Positions 20,648 through 31,900 are shown, counted from the stretch's first letter. The stretch: 64,000 bases of DNA from Bacteroidota bacterium (GCA_024277895.1 JAJRUH010000007.1:2265-66264); one strand, 5' to 3'. The notes: generated by a model not told the origin, from the sequence alone. Numbers and translations are program-made.

Positions 20648-21439
20648 TTAACTTATTTCCATCCCTCTTTTTTTCAGAATATCTTCTAATAAATCAAAAG
20701 TTGACAAAATTTCAGCTTTTCCGTTAATAATTGCAATATCGTGTTCAAAATGTGCCGAAGGCATACCGTCTGTCGTAACAATTGTCCATCCGTCGGATAA
20801 TTGACGTACTGCTTTCTTCCCGAGATTAATCATAGGCTCAATTGCAATTACCATACCTTCAATAAGTCTTGCTCCGCGTCCTCTTTTTCCGTAATTCGGT
20901 ACTGCAGGATCTTCGTGAAGACTCTTGCCTAAGCCGTGTCCCGTTAGCTCTCTTACTACCGAATAGCCCTCTTTCTGAACATAATTTTGAACGGCAAAAC
21001 CGATATCTCCGATTCTGTTTCCTGCTTTGGCTGCTTCTATTCCTTTATATAAAGATTCTTTTGTAATTCTCAAAAGTTTTGAAATTTCAGGTTTTATTTC
21101 TCCGATTTTAAAAGAATAGGCATGGTCTCCGTGAAATCCGTTTTTAAAAACCCCGCAATCAACTGATATTACATCTCCGTTTTTTAATTTGTAATCACCC
21201 GGAATTCCGTGAACTACTTCTTCATTAACCGACATACATAAAGTGGCAGGGAATCCGTTATAATTTTTAAAAGAGGGAATACCGCCGTTATCTCTGATAA
21301 ATTCTTCAGCTAACTTGTCTAACTTGCCGGTTGTTACCCCCTCTCCTATATGTTCGGCAATTAATGCTAATGTTTTTGAAACAGATAAAGCACTTTCTCG
21401 CATTAATTCTATTTCTTCACTTGTTTTCGTATAAATCAT
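20648..21439 (-). CDS. map: Type I methionine aminopeptidase
   Basis: 263 aa of typical MetAP-I sequence (VVHGIP, DxGxxxxGxxGD, TGHGLG, EPM). Confidence 0.93.
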   Translation of the reverse strand: MIYTKTSEEIELMRESALSVSKTLALIAEHIGEGVTTGKLDKLAEEFIRDNGGIPSFKNYNGFPATLCMSVNEEVVHGIPGDYKLKNGDVISVDCGVFKNGFHGDHAYSFKIGEIKPEISKLLRITKESLYKGIEAAKAGNRIGDIGFAVQNYVQKEGYSVVRELTGHGLGKSLHEDPAVPNYGKRGRGARLIEGMVIAIEPMINLGKKAVRQLSDGWTIVTTDGMPSAHFEHDIAIINGKAEILSTFDLLEDILKKRGMEIS

Positions 21440-21532
21440 TATTATTAAAAATTTAGGTGCAAAGTTAAGATATTATATAAAAAAAGCGAGTATTATTGAT
21501 TAATACCCGCTTAAAGTTTTATACAATAAAAA

Positions 21533-23161
21533 TTATTTCAGATCATTAGGAGACGCAACATCATCAACAATTTCAATGAAAGTACCGTTTTCTTTAAATC
21601 GGATATCATAATCTTTTCCGTCTTTTTTTGCTTCAACAACATAACCGACAACTTCTTTTTTCCCTTTAGTGTATTTTTCAATATCTTTTACGACATAATC
21701 GGAGAAATCAGCAGTCATTTTATCTTTTACAATATGCGGAATTTTGTCAAAAGTAATTTCTTTAGCTTTCAGACTTTCCTGCATAAACATTTCTTGCACA
21801 TAATAAGTTCCTGCTCCTGCAAAAAATCCGAGTGCTGCAAGCAATGAAATTCGTTTCATATACCAAATGAAATCTATTTTCTCCATTCCCATAGCAGCCA
21901 CACCGGCAGCTGAACCTATAATTAATATACTTCCTCCTGTTCCTGCTGTGTATGCAATTAGTTCCCAAAAAATACCGTCTTGCATAAATTGTACATGGAA
22001 AGGATCAATCGGATACATACCCATTGATGCAGCAACAAGCGGAACATTGTCGACAACAGATGATAACAAACCGATAATTATTGCTACAGGATATACGCCT
22101 AAGCCCCAATTTTTAAGCGAATTTGCCATTAAATCCAAATGCCCAGCCGACTCTAATGCGGCAACAGCTGTTAAAATTCCTAAGAAGAAAAATATTGTAG
22201 GAACATCAACACGTGTTAAAATTGTATTTACGGATAATTTAAAATTCCCTTCAAATTGCGTTTTAGTTTTTCTGTGCATTATCTCAGTTGTAATCCAAAT
22301 AATACTTAAACCGAATAACATTCCGAGATACGGCGGTAAATGAGTTACGGTTTTGAATACGGGAACAAATAAAAGTGCGGAAACACCCATTGCTAACATT
22401 ACTATTTGTTCTTTATGAGTTGTGTGATATTCATTTTCTCCGTTGGAAATAACCTTAGGTCTTGTAACTTTTCCTTTTAAAGTTAAAGATAAAACAAGTA
22501 AAGGAATAATCATTGTAAATAAACTGGGGAGAAATAATTTCATAATAATATTTGCAGTCGTAATTTGCCCGCCAATCCATAACATAATAGTTGTAACATC
22601 ACCGATAGGAGAAAATGCACCGCCGGCATTAGCTGCCACAACAACCATAGCGGCAAAGAACCAACGAGTTTGTTTATCATCAATCAGTTTTCTTAATAAA
22701 GCAATTATAACAATTGTTGTTGTTAAGTTATCTAAAACTGATGACATAAAGAATGTTAAGAAACTAATAATCCACATCAATTTAGTTTTATTGGTGGTTT
22801 TAATTTTATCGGTAATAATTTTAAAACCTTCGTGTTGGTCAACAATTTCCACAATCGTCATTGCTCCTAACAGAAAGAATAAAATTGTAGAAATATTAGC
22901 CAAATGATCCATTACATCATGATGTACAATAAATTCACGAACACCCTCTGCTGTTTTTGATAAACTCGGATTTAATTCGCTGAAATGAAGCCAAGCTCTG
23001 CTGTATCCTAAATTAAGAATTTCTTGCCCGTTTAAAGCATATAAAGCCCATAATACAGTTCCCATAAGTAAAGCAGAAGCTGCTTTATCAATCTTTAAAG
23101 GGTGCTCCAATGCTATCATTGTATAGCCCACAATAAAGATTACAACCATTAATATAAACAT
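21533..23161 (-). CDS. NhaD-type Na+/H+ antiporter with C-terminal PepSY-like domain
   Basis: 542 aa. About 460 aa form a polytopic NhaD/ArsB-superfamily core. The last ~74 aa form a soluble tail with a PepSY-like pattern (IP..VKDK....F.DY.V.DIE........GYVVE....KDYDIRF.ENG). Confidence 0.8.
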   Translation of the reverse strand: MFILMVVIFIVGYTMIALEHPLKIDKAASALLMGTVLWALYALNGQEILNLGYSRAWLHFSELNPSLSKTAEGVREFIVHHDVMDHLANISTILFFLLGAMTIVEIVDQHEGFKIITDKIKTTNKTKLMWIISFLTFFMSSVLDNLTTTIVIIALLRKLIDDKQTRWFFAAMVVVAANAGGAFSPIGDVTTIMLWIGGQITTANIIMKLFLPSLFTMIIPLLVLSLTLKGKVTRPKVISNGENEYHTTHKEQIVMLAMGVSALLFVPVFKTVTHLPPYLGMLFGLSIIWITTEIMHRKTKTQFEGNFKLSVNTILTRVDVPTIFFFLGILTAVAALESAGHLDLMANSLKNWGLGVYPVAIIIGLLSSVVDNVPLVAASMGMYPIDPFHVQFMQDGIFWELIAYTAGTGGSILIIGSAAGVAAMGMEKIDFIWYMKRISLLAALGFFAGAGTYYVQEMFMQESLKAKEITFDKIPHIVKDKMTADFSDYVVKDIEKYTKGKKEVVGYVVEAKKDGKDYDIRFKENGTFIEIVDDVASPNDLK

Positions 23162-23270
23162 AACCTATTGATTTTTAATTAGTTAATAATTTTTTAAAAT
23201 ATGTGCAAATATAGATATTGAAATGTGATTAGAAAAATAATTTGACTCGTTTTAAAACATATTTTTACGG

Positions 23271-23735
23271 TTAAATTCTGTTTGTTTGAAAAATAGGTTT
23301 AATTACTTCGTACTTTTGAATTAAATCAATCATTTTAGGATTATTTAATTTTGTTTTTCCTGTTTTTAAATCTACGGACACTAATGTAACCGAAGCAAAA
23401 GCACATGTTTGAATTTTATTGTTATTATTTTTAACCACATAACATTCAAAATCGTAGCTTCTTTCTCCTATTCTTGATATTCGAGTATAAACATAAACAA
23501 TATCACTTAAAAATATGGGTAATAAATATTTAATGTCAATTCTTCCTACAACAACATCAAAGTCTAAGGAATTCTTTTTTAAATTTAAAACTTCGGCGAG
23601 ATAGTTAATTCTGCTTTCTTCGAGGTAACTTAAATACGTTTTATTATTTACATGTCCTAAAGTATCGAGGTCATCATATCTTACGTGTATTTGTACTCTG
23701 TTTTTAAAATTTTCTTTCTTAAATTCTGTATCCAT
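23271..23735 (-). CDS. Acyl-CoA thioesterase (4HBT/YbgC-like hotdog fold)
   Basis: 154 aa. The N-terminal pattern VRYDDLDTLGHVNN..YLSYLEE is typical of 4HBT thioesterases. Confidence 0.75.
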   Translation of the reverse strand: MDTEFKKENFKNRVQIHVRYDDLDTLGHVNNKTYLSYLEESRINYLAEVLNLKKNSLDFDVVVGRIDIKYLLPIFLSDIVYVYTRISRIGERSYDFECYVVKNNNNKIQTCAFASVTLVSVDLKTGKTKLNNPKMIDLIQKYEVIKPIFQTNRI

Positions 23736-23835
23736 TGTTTTTTATGCAAAGATGTATGTTTTTTGTCAGAAGTTAAATAATTTTTTATTTCCGGCATTTT
23801 ATAAAAACTTGATAAAATCATTCCGTTAAACATTT

Positions 23836-23843
23836 TATCTTTG
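23836..23843 (+). promoter_or_regulatory. -7 promoter box (TATCTTTG) for rsmI
   Basis: TAnnTTTG match 16 nt upstream of the ATG at 23859. Confidence 0.45.
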
Positions 23844-23858
23844 CATAAATTTATTAAA

Positions 23859-24548
23859 ATGTCAAAATTAATACTTGTACCGACACCCGTAGGAAATTTG
23901 AAAGACATCACTTTCAGGGCGGTTGAAGTTCTGAAAGAAGTTGACTTAATTTTAGCTGAAGATACCCGAACTACAGCTGTTTTATTGAAACATTATGAAA
24001 TTAGAAATATGCTTTCGGCATTTCATAAATTTAACGAACACAGGCAGATACAAACTATTATTGATAAATTACAAAGCGGTTTAACAGTTGCGTTAGTCTC
24101 TGATGCCGGCACTCCCGGAATTTCAGATCCGGGTTTTTTAATTGTCAGAGAATGTATAAAAAATAAAATACCCGTTGAAACATTGCCCGGTGCAACGGCA
24201 TTTGTCCCGGCGTTGGTAAATTCCGGTTTACCGTGTGAGCGATTTTGTTTTGAAGGATTTCTTCCGCCGAAAAAAGGGAGACAAAAACGCTTAAAAGAAT
24301 TATCCGAAGAAAAAAGAACAATGATTTTTTACGAATCGCCTTACCGCCTTGTGAAAACTTTAATACAATTTTCAGAATTATTCGGAGAAGAAAGACAAGT
24401 TTCGGTTTCAAGAGAACTGACCAAAATTTATGAAGAAAATATCAGAGGCAGTTTAAGAGAAGTAATTTCTTATTTTGAGAATAAAACAATTAAGGGTGAA
24501 ATAGTAATTATTGCGGAGGGATTCAATACAAAAAAACCGAAGTCTTAA
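23859..24548 (+). CDS. rsmI: 16S rRNA (cytidine1402-2'-O)-methyltransferase
   Basis: The ATG at 23859 (MSKLILVPTPVGNLKDIT) is preferred over the TTG at 23841 because the -7 box lies at 23836-23843. Tetrapyrrole-methylase-like RsmI sequence. Confidence 0.9.
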   Translation: MSKLILVPTPVGNLKDITFRAVEVLKEVDLILAEDTRTTAVLLKHYEIRNMLSAFHKFNEHRQIQTIIDKLQSGLTVALVSDAGTPGISDPGFLIVRECIKNKIPVETLPGATAFVPALVNSGLPCERFCFEGFLPPKKGRQKRLKELSEEKRTMIFYESPYRLVKTLIQFSELFGEERQVSVSRELTKIYEENIRGSLREVISYFENKTIKGEIVIIAEGFNTKKPKS

Positions 24549-24607
24549 AACTTTCAGAAAAAATGATAAAAAAACCTTATATTTGCTTAACTGAAAAATA
24601 ATATATT

Positions 24608-26056
24608 GTGAAAATTAATTCTAAAGTTCTTCTGTTTTATCTTATTTTTTTAGTTCTCGCAGCAGGAACAATATTTGTATTTTATTATCTTGAAATTTTG
24701 AAATTTGATTTTTCAAAATATCCTTTACTGTTGATTTTTGCCTGTTTAATTATTTTTATATTTCCCTTAATTTTAAGTTTTATTATAAGCACAGGAATTT
24801 CCAAAAAATTAAAACTTCTTTCTCTGATTTTCCATAAATTTTTTACTGACAAAAACATTCCTGAAAAGATTTCTTCATTTTCCGGAAGAACAGATGAGTT
24901 CGGAGTAGTTTTCAGTGAACTTATTAATTTGCAGGCTACTTACAATACTTATAAAAAATTTACCGAAGAATTAATAAGCGGAAATTTCGATGCTGAATTA
25001 AAAAATGCCGATAAAGAGTCTTTCGGAGCAGCATTGATTGAACTTAAAGAAAATCTGTTGACTTATGAAAAAGAAAAAAAATATAATCTGAAAGAACTTG
25101 AAAGAAATAATTGGTATCAGTCGGGAGTTACGGCTTTTACACTGTTATTACAGCAGGATTTTAAAAGTACAGAAGAAATGGCTTATCCTGTAATAAGAAA
25201 TTTGGCGGAACATCTCGGCATTGATCAAATAGGTATTTTTATTTTACAAAAAAAAGAAGAAAAAGAACTGTTGATTTTAGAAGCTGCATATGCTTATGAC
25301 AAGAAAAAGCTTTTAGATACGGAAATTGAAATAGGAGAAAGTTTAGTCGGAAAATGTGCAAAAGAACAAAAACTTATTCGTATTGATGATTTGCCTGAAG
25401 GCTACACGTACATTAGTTCCGGATTAGGAGAAGACACTCCTAAATCGCTCATTCTAAGCCCATTGATGTATGAAAAGAAATTGTTTGGTGTTCTTGAAAT
25501 TGCGTCTCTTAAAAAACTTCCTGATTACAAAATTAATTTTCTGAATATTATAGCTGAACGAATTGCTGCCGAAATTTCAAATATAAATTCCAAAAAACTC
25601 AGAGCAAAGCTTGCCGAAGATTATAAAAAACAGTCGGAAGAACTTTCTTTGGAGGAGAAAAAAGCAGAAGATAAAATTACAGAACTCATAAAAGAAAAAG
25701 AACTTATTACCAACAAATACAAAATAATATCTGAAGATATTGAGTTAATAAATATGACTGTTCCTTCGATTATTTTTGATTCGAAAGGTATTATAAAAAA
25801 GATAAATAAAGCAGCCGAAAAATTATACAATATTAAAAAAGAAGATATTTTGAATAAAAACGGAAAAGATATTTTTACGGAAAATCATAAATTCTCAGAT
25901 TTATTTAACAAAGTTCTTAAAGGGGAAATACAATACAACAGATTTTTTAATGAAAAAAGGACAGAAGAAACGGCAGAACAATATATTCCGGTTAAAGAAA
26001 AAAATGCTGAAATTCAAAAAGTTATTCTTACAGCAATGAAGATTAAAAGAACCTAA
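24608..26056 (+). CDS. Membrane-anchored GAF + PAS sensor protein with no recognisable output domain
   Basis: 482 aa with a GTG start and two N-terminal TM helices. A central GAF-like region (about residues 190-330), a coiled coil and a C-terminal PAS-like region follow. No kinase or cyclase motifs are seen. Confidence 0.6.
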   Translation: MKINSKVLLFYLIFLVLAAGTIFVFYYLEILKFDFSKYPLLLIFACLIIFIFPLILSFIISTGISKKLKLLSLIFHKFFTDKNIPEKISSFSGRTDEFGVVFSELINLQATYNTYKKFTEELISGNFDAELKNADKESFGAALIELKENLLTYEKEKKYNLKELERNNWYQSGVTAFTLLLQQDFKSTEEMAYPVIRNLAEHLGIDQIGIFILQKKEEKELLILEAAYAYDKKKLLDTEIEIGESLVGKCAKEQKLIRIDDLPEGYTYISSGLGEDTPKSLILSPLMYEKKLFGVLEIASLKKLPDYKINFLNIIAERIAAEISNINSKKLRAKLAEDYKKQSEELSLEEKKAEDKITELIKEKELITNKYKIISEDIELINMTVPSIIFDSKGIIKKINKAAEKLYNIKKEDILNKNGKDIFTENHKFSDLFNKVLKGEIQYNRFFNEKRTEETAEQYIPVKEKNAEIQKVILTAMKIKRT

Positions 26057-26069
26057 AAAAGTTTTTTTT

Positions 26070-27479
26070 ATGAAAACAATTTTGAGTATTGTAATATTTC
26101 TTTCTCTTTTTTTTGTAACAGAGGCAAATACCTGCAAAATTTTCGGTAATGCCGGAACCTATGCCGGCGAAACGATTAAGCTGTACACCTATTCAGACTA
26201 TATAACATTAACAAAAAAAGTGATTGCCGAAAGTTTGGTTGATAATGAAGGATATTTTACTTTTATTGTCGAATGTAACAAAAGCTTTGAGGCATTTATT
26301 GATTTAGACGTTTTTGTCGGATACATAATTGTTGAACCCGGTAAAGAATTTAAAATTGTTCTTCCGAAAAAAACTATTCGAAGGCATGAGGATATAATGA
26401 ATCCTTTTTTTAAACCTTTTGAATTTTATATTCGAATAATGAATGATGATAATACGGTAACACAAGCTATGAAAAAATTTGATGCTTTATATGAAAATGC
26501 TTCAAAAATAATATTCAAAACTCCGAATCATATTAATCCCGGTTTAACCGAAAAAGAAATTCAAAAAATTAAAGACAGTACTTCATATTGTAATAATCAA
26601 TTTTTTAAAAATTATAAAAAATACAGACTCCTTAAATTACGATGTGATGCTGTTTATAAAAATAAAAAAGCCGTTATCAGAAAAAACTTTTCAAATTCAG
26701 ATATTTTATTCGATAATCCGGCATATAATAAACTTTTGAAAGAGGATTTCGGGAATATTTTATTTGAGACACAAGGTGATACAATTTTTAAACTCCTGGC
26801 AGCTGATGTCGGGTGGAATATGATTTCAAGAATGCTGGCAAATACAGATTTATGTCAGAATCAAGATTTCAGAGAATATTTTTTATTTATAAATTTATAT
26901 AACGAATTTTATAAAAATACAATATTTAAGAATAAAATTATTGACGTATTATATTCTGCTAAGAAATACATTAAAAATCCGCATACTTTAAATGCCGTAA
27001 ATAATTTTTTAGAAAACTCTTCGAATTTAATTACAGGTAATAAAAGTTTGGATTTTCGCTTGTCGGACTTAAATACATATATGCACAGTTTGTCTGATTA
27101 CAGGGGTAAGTTTGTTTATTTAGGTTTTTTTTCAACAGAAAGTTATACTTGCAAAAAAGATATTTTGCTTTTAAAATCGTTAGCTGAGAAGAAAATGAAA
27201 ATGCTCAAAATAATAATTGTTTTTAAAGAAAATAATATTCAGACAATAAAAACTTTTCTTAAAGATGTTAAAACTGATGATATTATATTTTTACACGGCG
27301 ACGACAGCAACAAAATAATTGAAGAATATGATGTACGAGCTTTCCCTACTTATTATTTAATCAGTCCTGCAGGAAGATTGTCTGTAATCTCCGCACCCGG
27401 ACCCTCGGAAGACTTTGAATCTCTTTATTTTAAGGCAAAACAAGATTGGAAAATTAAAAAAATCAGAGAGAAGAATTAA
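26070..27479 (+). CDS. Secreted thioredoxin-fold (TlpA-like) protein with degenerate active site
   Basis: 469 aa with a signal peptide. In the C-terminal Trx-like region the usual WCxxC position reads STESYTC, so only one Cys remains. Confidence 0.55.
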   Translation: MKTILSIVIFLSLFFVTEANTCKIFGNAGTYAGETIKLYTYSDYITLTKKVIAESLVDNEGYFTFIVECNKSFEAFIDLDVFVGYIIVEPGKEFKIVLPKKTIRRHEDIMNPFFKPFEFYIRIMNDDNTVTQAMKKFDALYENASKIIFKTPNHINPGLTEKEIQKIKDSTSYCNNQFFKNYKKYRLLKLRCDAVYKNKKAVIRKNFSNSDILFDNPAYNKLLKEDFGNILFETQGDTIFKLLAADVGWNMISRMLANTDLCQNQDFREYFLFINLYNEFYKNTIFKNKIIDVLYSAKKYIKNPHTLNAVNNFLENSSNLITGNKSLDFRLSDLNTYMHSLSDYRGKFVYLGFFSTESYTCKKDILLLKSLAEKKMKMLKIIIVFKENNIQTIKTFLKDVKTDDIIFLHGDDSNKIIEEYDVRAFPTYYLISPAGRLSVISAPGPSEDFESLYFKAKQDWKIKKIREKN

Positions 27480-27488
27480 TTTTACAAT

Positions 27489-28451
27489 TCAGCATAGTTG
27501 CCAAATTAAAGCACTTGCCCCCAAAATAGCGGCATCACCGGATTTTAATCCTGATTTTTCAATACTTACGGTATTTTTACAAACACTCAATAAATTATTG
27601 TTCATATATTTTTCAGTTGGTTTTACCAGCAAATCACCGGCTTCTGCAAGTCCTCCGAATAAGAATATTTTTTCGGGACTTAATAAAGCCGTAAAGTTTG
27701 CTAATGCTTTTCCGAGAATTTCAGCAGTAAAATTAAATGCTTTCAGTGCAATAAAGTCGCCGTTTTTGGCATATTCATAAATATTTTTTGATGTTAATGT
27801 GTCAAATTTAACATTACGTAACATACTTTCTTCTTCGGTTTCCGACAGCATTTCTTTAACTGTTTTTAATAATCCGTTTGCTGAAACATAAGTTTCCAAA
27901 CATCCTTTTCTTCCGCAACCGCAAAGTCTTCCGTTTTCTTTTACAATAACATGACCTGCTTCACCGGCAAAACCGCTGTATCCGTACAACAAATTGTTTC
28001 CGGCAATAATTCCGCCGCCCAATCCGGTTCCTAAAGTTATCATCATAAAATTTGAAATATTTTTCCCTTTACCGAATAATTTCTCTCCTAATGCTGCTGC
28101 ATTTGCATCATTCGTAACCTTTACCGGCACATTAAATTCTTCCTGCATCAATGCACCAATCGGTATAATCCCTTTCCAATCCAAATTTGCGGCATTTTCA
28201 ATTGTTCCTTTGAAAATATTTCCGTTAGGTGCACCTATTCCGATACCTTTTATTGACATTTTTTCAGGTAAGTTTTTAATCAGTTTATTTATTTCATTAT
28301 GTAATGTCTCAATAAACTGATTTATATTTTCATATCCTTTTGTAGATACAGTTGATTTTGCAAGTATCTTTCCTTCCTGAGCAACCAATCCGAATTTGGT
28401 ATTAGTTCCGCCAATGTCTAAACCGATAACAATATTTTGAATTTTTTTCAT
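27489..28451 (-). CDS. ROK-family glucokinase
   Basis: 320 aa with ATP-binding GLDIGGTNTK and ROK zinc motif CGCGRKGCLE. Confidence 0.85.
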   Translation of the reverse strand: MKKIQNIVIGLDIGGTNTKFGLVAQEGKILAKSTVSTKGYENINQFIETLHNEINKLIKNLPEKMSIKGIGIGAPNGNIFKGTIENAANLDWKGIIPIGALMQEEFNVPVKVTNDANAAALGEKLFGKGKNISNFMMITLGTGLGGGIIAGNNLLYGYSGFAGEAGHVIVKENGRLCGCGRKGCLETYVSANGLLKTVKEMLSETEEESMLRNVKFDTLTSKNIYEYAKNGDFIALKAFNFTAEILGKALANFTALLSPEKIFLFGGLAEAGDLLVKPTEKYMNNNLLSVCKNTVSIEKSGLKSGDAAILGASALIWQLC

Positions 28452-28595
28452 ATTTTCAGAAAATATTGCCGTAAAGATAAGGGTAATAAAACATCATTCA
28501 AAAAAACAATAACTGTTAATTATAAGAAAGGTATGGAAATAGCCTGAAAGTTATTTTTTTAAATAAAAAAGCCCGAAAAAATCAGGCTTTTTGAG

Positions 28596-28668
<73 letters not shown>

Positions 28669-28685
28669 TTTTTGTTTTGCGGATG

Positions 28686-28693
28686 CAAATATA
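28686..28693 (-). promoter_or_regulatory. -7 promoter box (TATATTTG) for tRNA-Phe
   Basis: Plus-strand CAAATATA lies 17 nt upstream of the mature tRNA 5' end. Confidence 0.5.
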
Positions 28694-28761
28694 GATATTT
28701 TTTTTAATATCCAAAAAATAGATAGTTTTTTATATCGAAAATAGTTAATAAAAGCCTTATT

Positions 28762-28953
28762 TTATTCTTCTTTTTTCCTCAAATTATGATGTATTTTATA
28801 TAAAATTAATGAAATAAGAAAGAATAAATAAAAATACCAACTTTCTTTGAATGAAAAGAATATTGTTTTATGTATTCCGGCACTCAGACTTAATATTGCT
28901 ACTGCAAGCCACAGTAATTCTCTTGCCTTTGACGGTTTAGGATTTGTGTCCAT
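28762..28953 (-). CDS. Small 2-TM membrane protein (hypothetical)
   Basis: 63-aa ORF starting 8 nt downstream of the large sensor-phosphatase gene on the same strand. It has two hydrophobic helices. Confidence 0.35.
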   Translation of the reverse strand: MDTNPKPSKARELLWLAVAILSLSAGIHKTIFFSFKESWYFYLFFLISLILYKIHHNLRKKEE

Positions 28954-28961
28954 TTTATTAT

Positions 28962-31900
28962 TTATAATTTGATTCCGATTAATAAAATATCATCAATTTG
29001 TTCAGTATCGCCCATCCATTTATTAAGGATTTTTTCTGACATTTCTTTTTGTTTACTCATAGGTAAATGATGAATATGTATAAGCATTTCTCTGAAACGT
29101 CTTATGTTAAATTTTTTTTGTTTTATACCGCCGAATTGGTCTGCATAACCATCTGAAAACAAATATAAACAATCGTTTGGTTTTAAGCTGACATATTTAT
29201 TTTTAAACGGAATGTTATTTAATTTTTTATTATTACCGACGGGCATTCTGTCAGCTTCTAATTTTGCTAATTTTTCATTTCTGATAATATATGCAGGATT
29301 ATTTGCACCGGCAAAGTTTAATTGCATGTTTTTTTTGTCTATAACAGCCAAAGACATATCCATACCGTCTTTTCGCTCCTCTTCACCGTGTGACCTGAGT
29401 GCCGTTATTATCTTTTTTCTGAGTGAAATTAATATATCGGCAGCTTTTATTTCTTTTTCGGTTTTACTGAACTCTTTTACAATTTCATTTAAAAAAGAAA
29501 TGCCGAGCATACTTAAAAAGCCTCCCGGAACTCCGTGACCTGTGCAATCAACTGCTGCAATAAGAAGTTTGTTTTTAGATTCGCTTATCCAATAAAAGTC
29601 TCCGCTTACAATATCTCGGGGTTTAAAAAGTATGAAAAAATCTGTTAAATATTTTGAATAAATACCGATATCTGAAAGTGCAGCTTTTTGAATTTTTCCG
29701 GCATACCTGATACTTCCTGTTATTTCTTTATTTTGATAATCTATTTTTTGATATTGTTCGTAAATTTCTATATTTTGGTTTTGAATTAACTTGCTTTGTT
29801 TTTCAATTTCAGCAGTTCGTTCTTTAACTTTTAGTTCTAATATGTCATTATACTCTTTTATTTTCCGTTGTTTTTTTCTGTAAAATGCAGATATTATTAA
29901 TGAAACCAGTATTAAAAAGGCTGTAAAAACACTGATAATAAACCATGATCTTTTCCACAGAGGAGGTTTTATTTCAATAATAATTTTAATGGTTTGACTT
30001 TTCTCATCCAAGGAGTTGAGAGCATACATTGATAAAATATGTTTACCCGGAGTAAGTTCCGGTATTGTAAGAAACTGTTTCCCGGTTTCGGAATATTCAT
30101 TATTATTTGAAATGTCAATTCCGTAAAAGTAGCTTGCAAAATCTTTTTTCAAATAGCCCGGTGCCGAAAGAAAAATATTGATGTATTTATAGTTACTGTT
30201 TAGCTTTAAATAGGATGTTACGGGAAACGAATTTCCGTTAAAGTCTTTAATATTTGTTATATATAATTTAAACAGGGTTTTCTCTGAAGTAATTTTATTC
30301 CCGATTTTGTAAATTTCATTATTCCCTGAAATCAGCCAAATATCATTTTTATTATCAATTGTAATATTTTTTACATTATCAAAAATCCAAGCATATTTAA
30401 GTTGATTTAAAGAATCTCTTATATTTCCTTTATAAAGAATATGACTCCCGGAATTAATCGTAAAACTGCTGTCGCTTAAGATATAAATTTGGTTGTTGTC
30501 GCTTAAGATGTTTGTTAATTTTGTGTCTTCAAATATATTATTGTGTTTATTATCATAATAATATGCTCCGGATTTTGTTAAAAAGAAAAATTTGTTTTTC
30601 TCTTTTGTGATAATTATTTTTTCGTCAATATCTGTATTAATATCAAATTGTTCAGTTGATAATATATCGGTTCCGGGAATTAGGAATAAATATATTTTGT
30701 TATTTCCGGATGCCCATACCGTTGAATCATTTACTGTAAGAAGCGATTTGATTTTAATTTTAGAAAGGCTTTTTGAGTTTACTGTTTTCGGATAAAATTG
30801 ATTGTGTGAAAAATTTATTTTGTAGAGTCCTTTTGACGTGCTGACAAAAAACGTATTACTGTTATTGTTACAACTTAAAGTATAAATGTAAACTTCCGGA
30901 ATGACGACTGTTAAATTATTATTTTTAATGTAATATAAGCCGGAGTTTGAACCGATTAAAATACCGTTGTTAAATTCTGTTATTGTTTTACACTTACTGT
31001 TTATTCCGTCAATTTTTTTATAAAGATATTTTACTGAATGTAATTCATATATTTTTTTGTATTCCGTTATTGTTTTATAGCTTTTTTTATAAAAATATTT
31101 GTTTTTATTATTTTGAATTTTCATATTATCAGAAGCAGCATTTCTTTCGGAATCATCAGAAATATTTTTTGTTTCTGTTCTTTTTTTCTCACGTCTTCTT
31201 TTCCAGCGTTTAAAAAAATTTGAATTAGAATCGGATTCTTTATCGCTTTCGTTTATTTGTGTTTCTGAATTATTATCCGAAATATTCTTTGACTGTGAAT
31301 TATTTTGTGATAAGTTTATTTTTTTTAAATATTTAACACGCTTATTTTCTGCAACTTCTACTTCTTCATAACTTTTAATTTCTGACAATCTGAATAAACC
31401 TTCCCCGGTGGCAACATATAAAGTACTGTCATAAAATTTTACGGTATTAATATTTCCTTGCAAGCCGGGGAAACGACTGAAATTTTTAACAGGAATATCA
31501 AATGCAATTCTGCTTATTCCGTATTCATGAGCTAACCAAAGTCCTCCGGTTTGATCAACAGCAAAAGCATAAATTTCGTCATCCGGAAGACCTGTTATAT
31601 AATTTAAGGTATTTAATATTGTACCTGTTTTTTTATCCAAAATAACAGCACCGCCGTTTATGCTCGTAACCACAAATTGGGTTTTATTGAAATTTCCGCC
31701 TCCGTTTATTATACTTTCTTCAATATATTTTGAAGAGTTATTTTTATAAGGGCTGTAATTTCTTCCGTCAAAAATATATAAGCGACTGTTTGACAATCCG
31801 ATAATTAGATTTTTTTCAAACGGTACATTAAAAATAATTTTAGAAAATGAAAAAAGTGAATCCGTTATAATACCGGTTAATTTGTTATTTGTAAGAGTTT

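Noticed and set aside
21867-22907. Long + strand ORFs (158 and 154 aa) antisense to the NhaD gene
   Set aside because: These are shadow ORFs typical of membrane-protein genes. Their low-complexity hydrophobic translations have no motifs, and the NhaD frame is clearly the real one. The same reasoning applies to antisense ORFs inside the ROK kinase gene (27415-27780, 27994-28320). It also applies to those inside the CaCA, PMM/PGM, nifJ, USP, V-ATPase A and AbgT genes.
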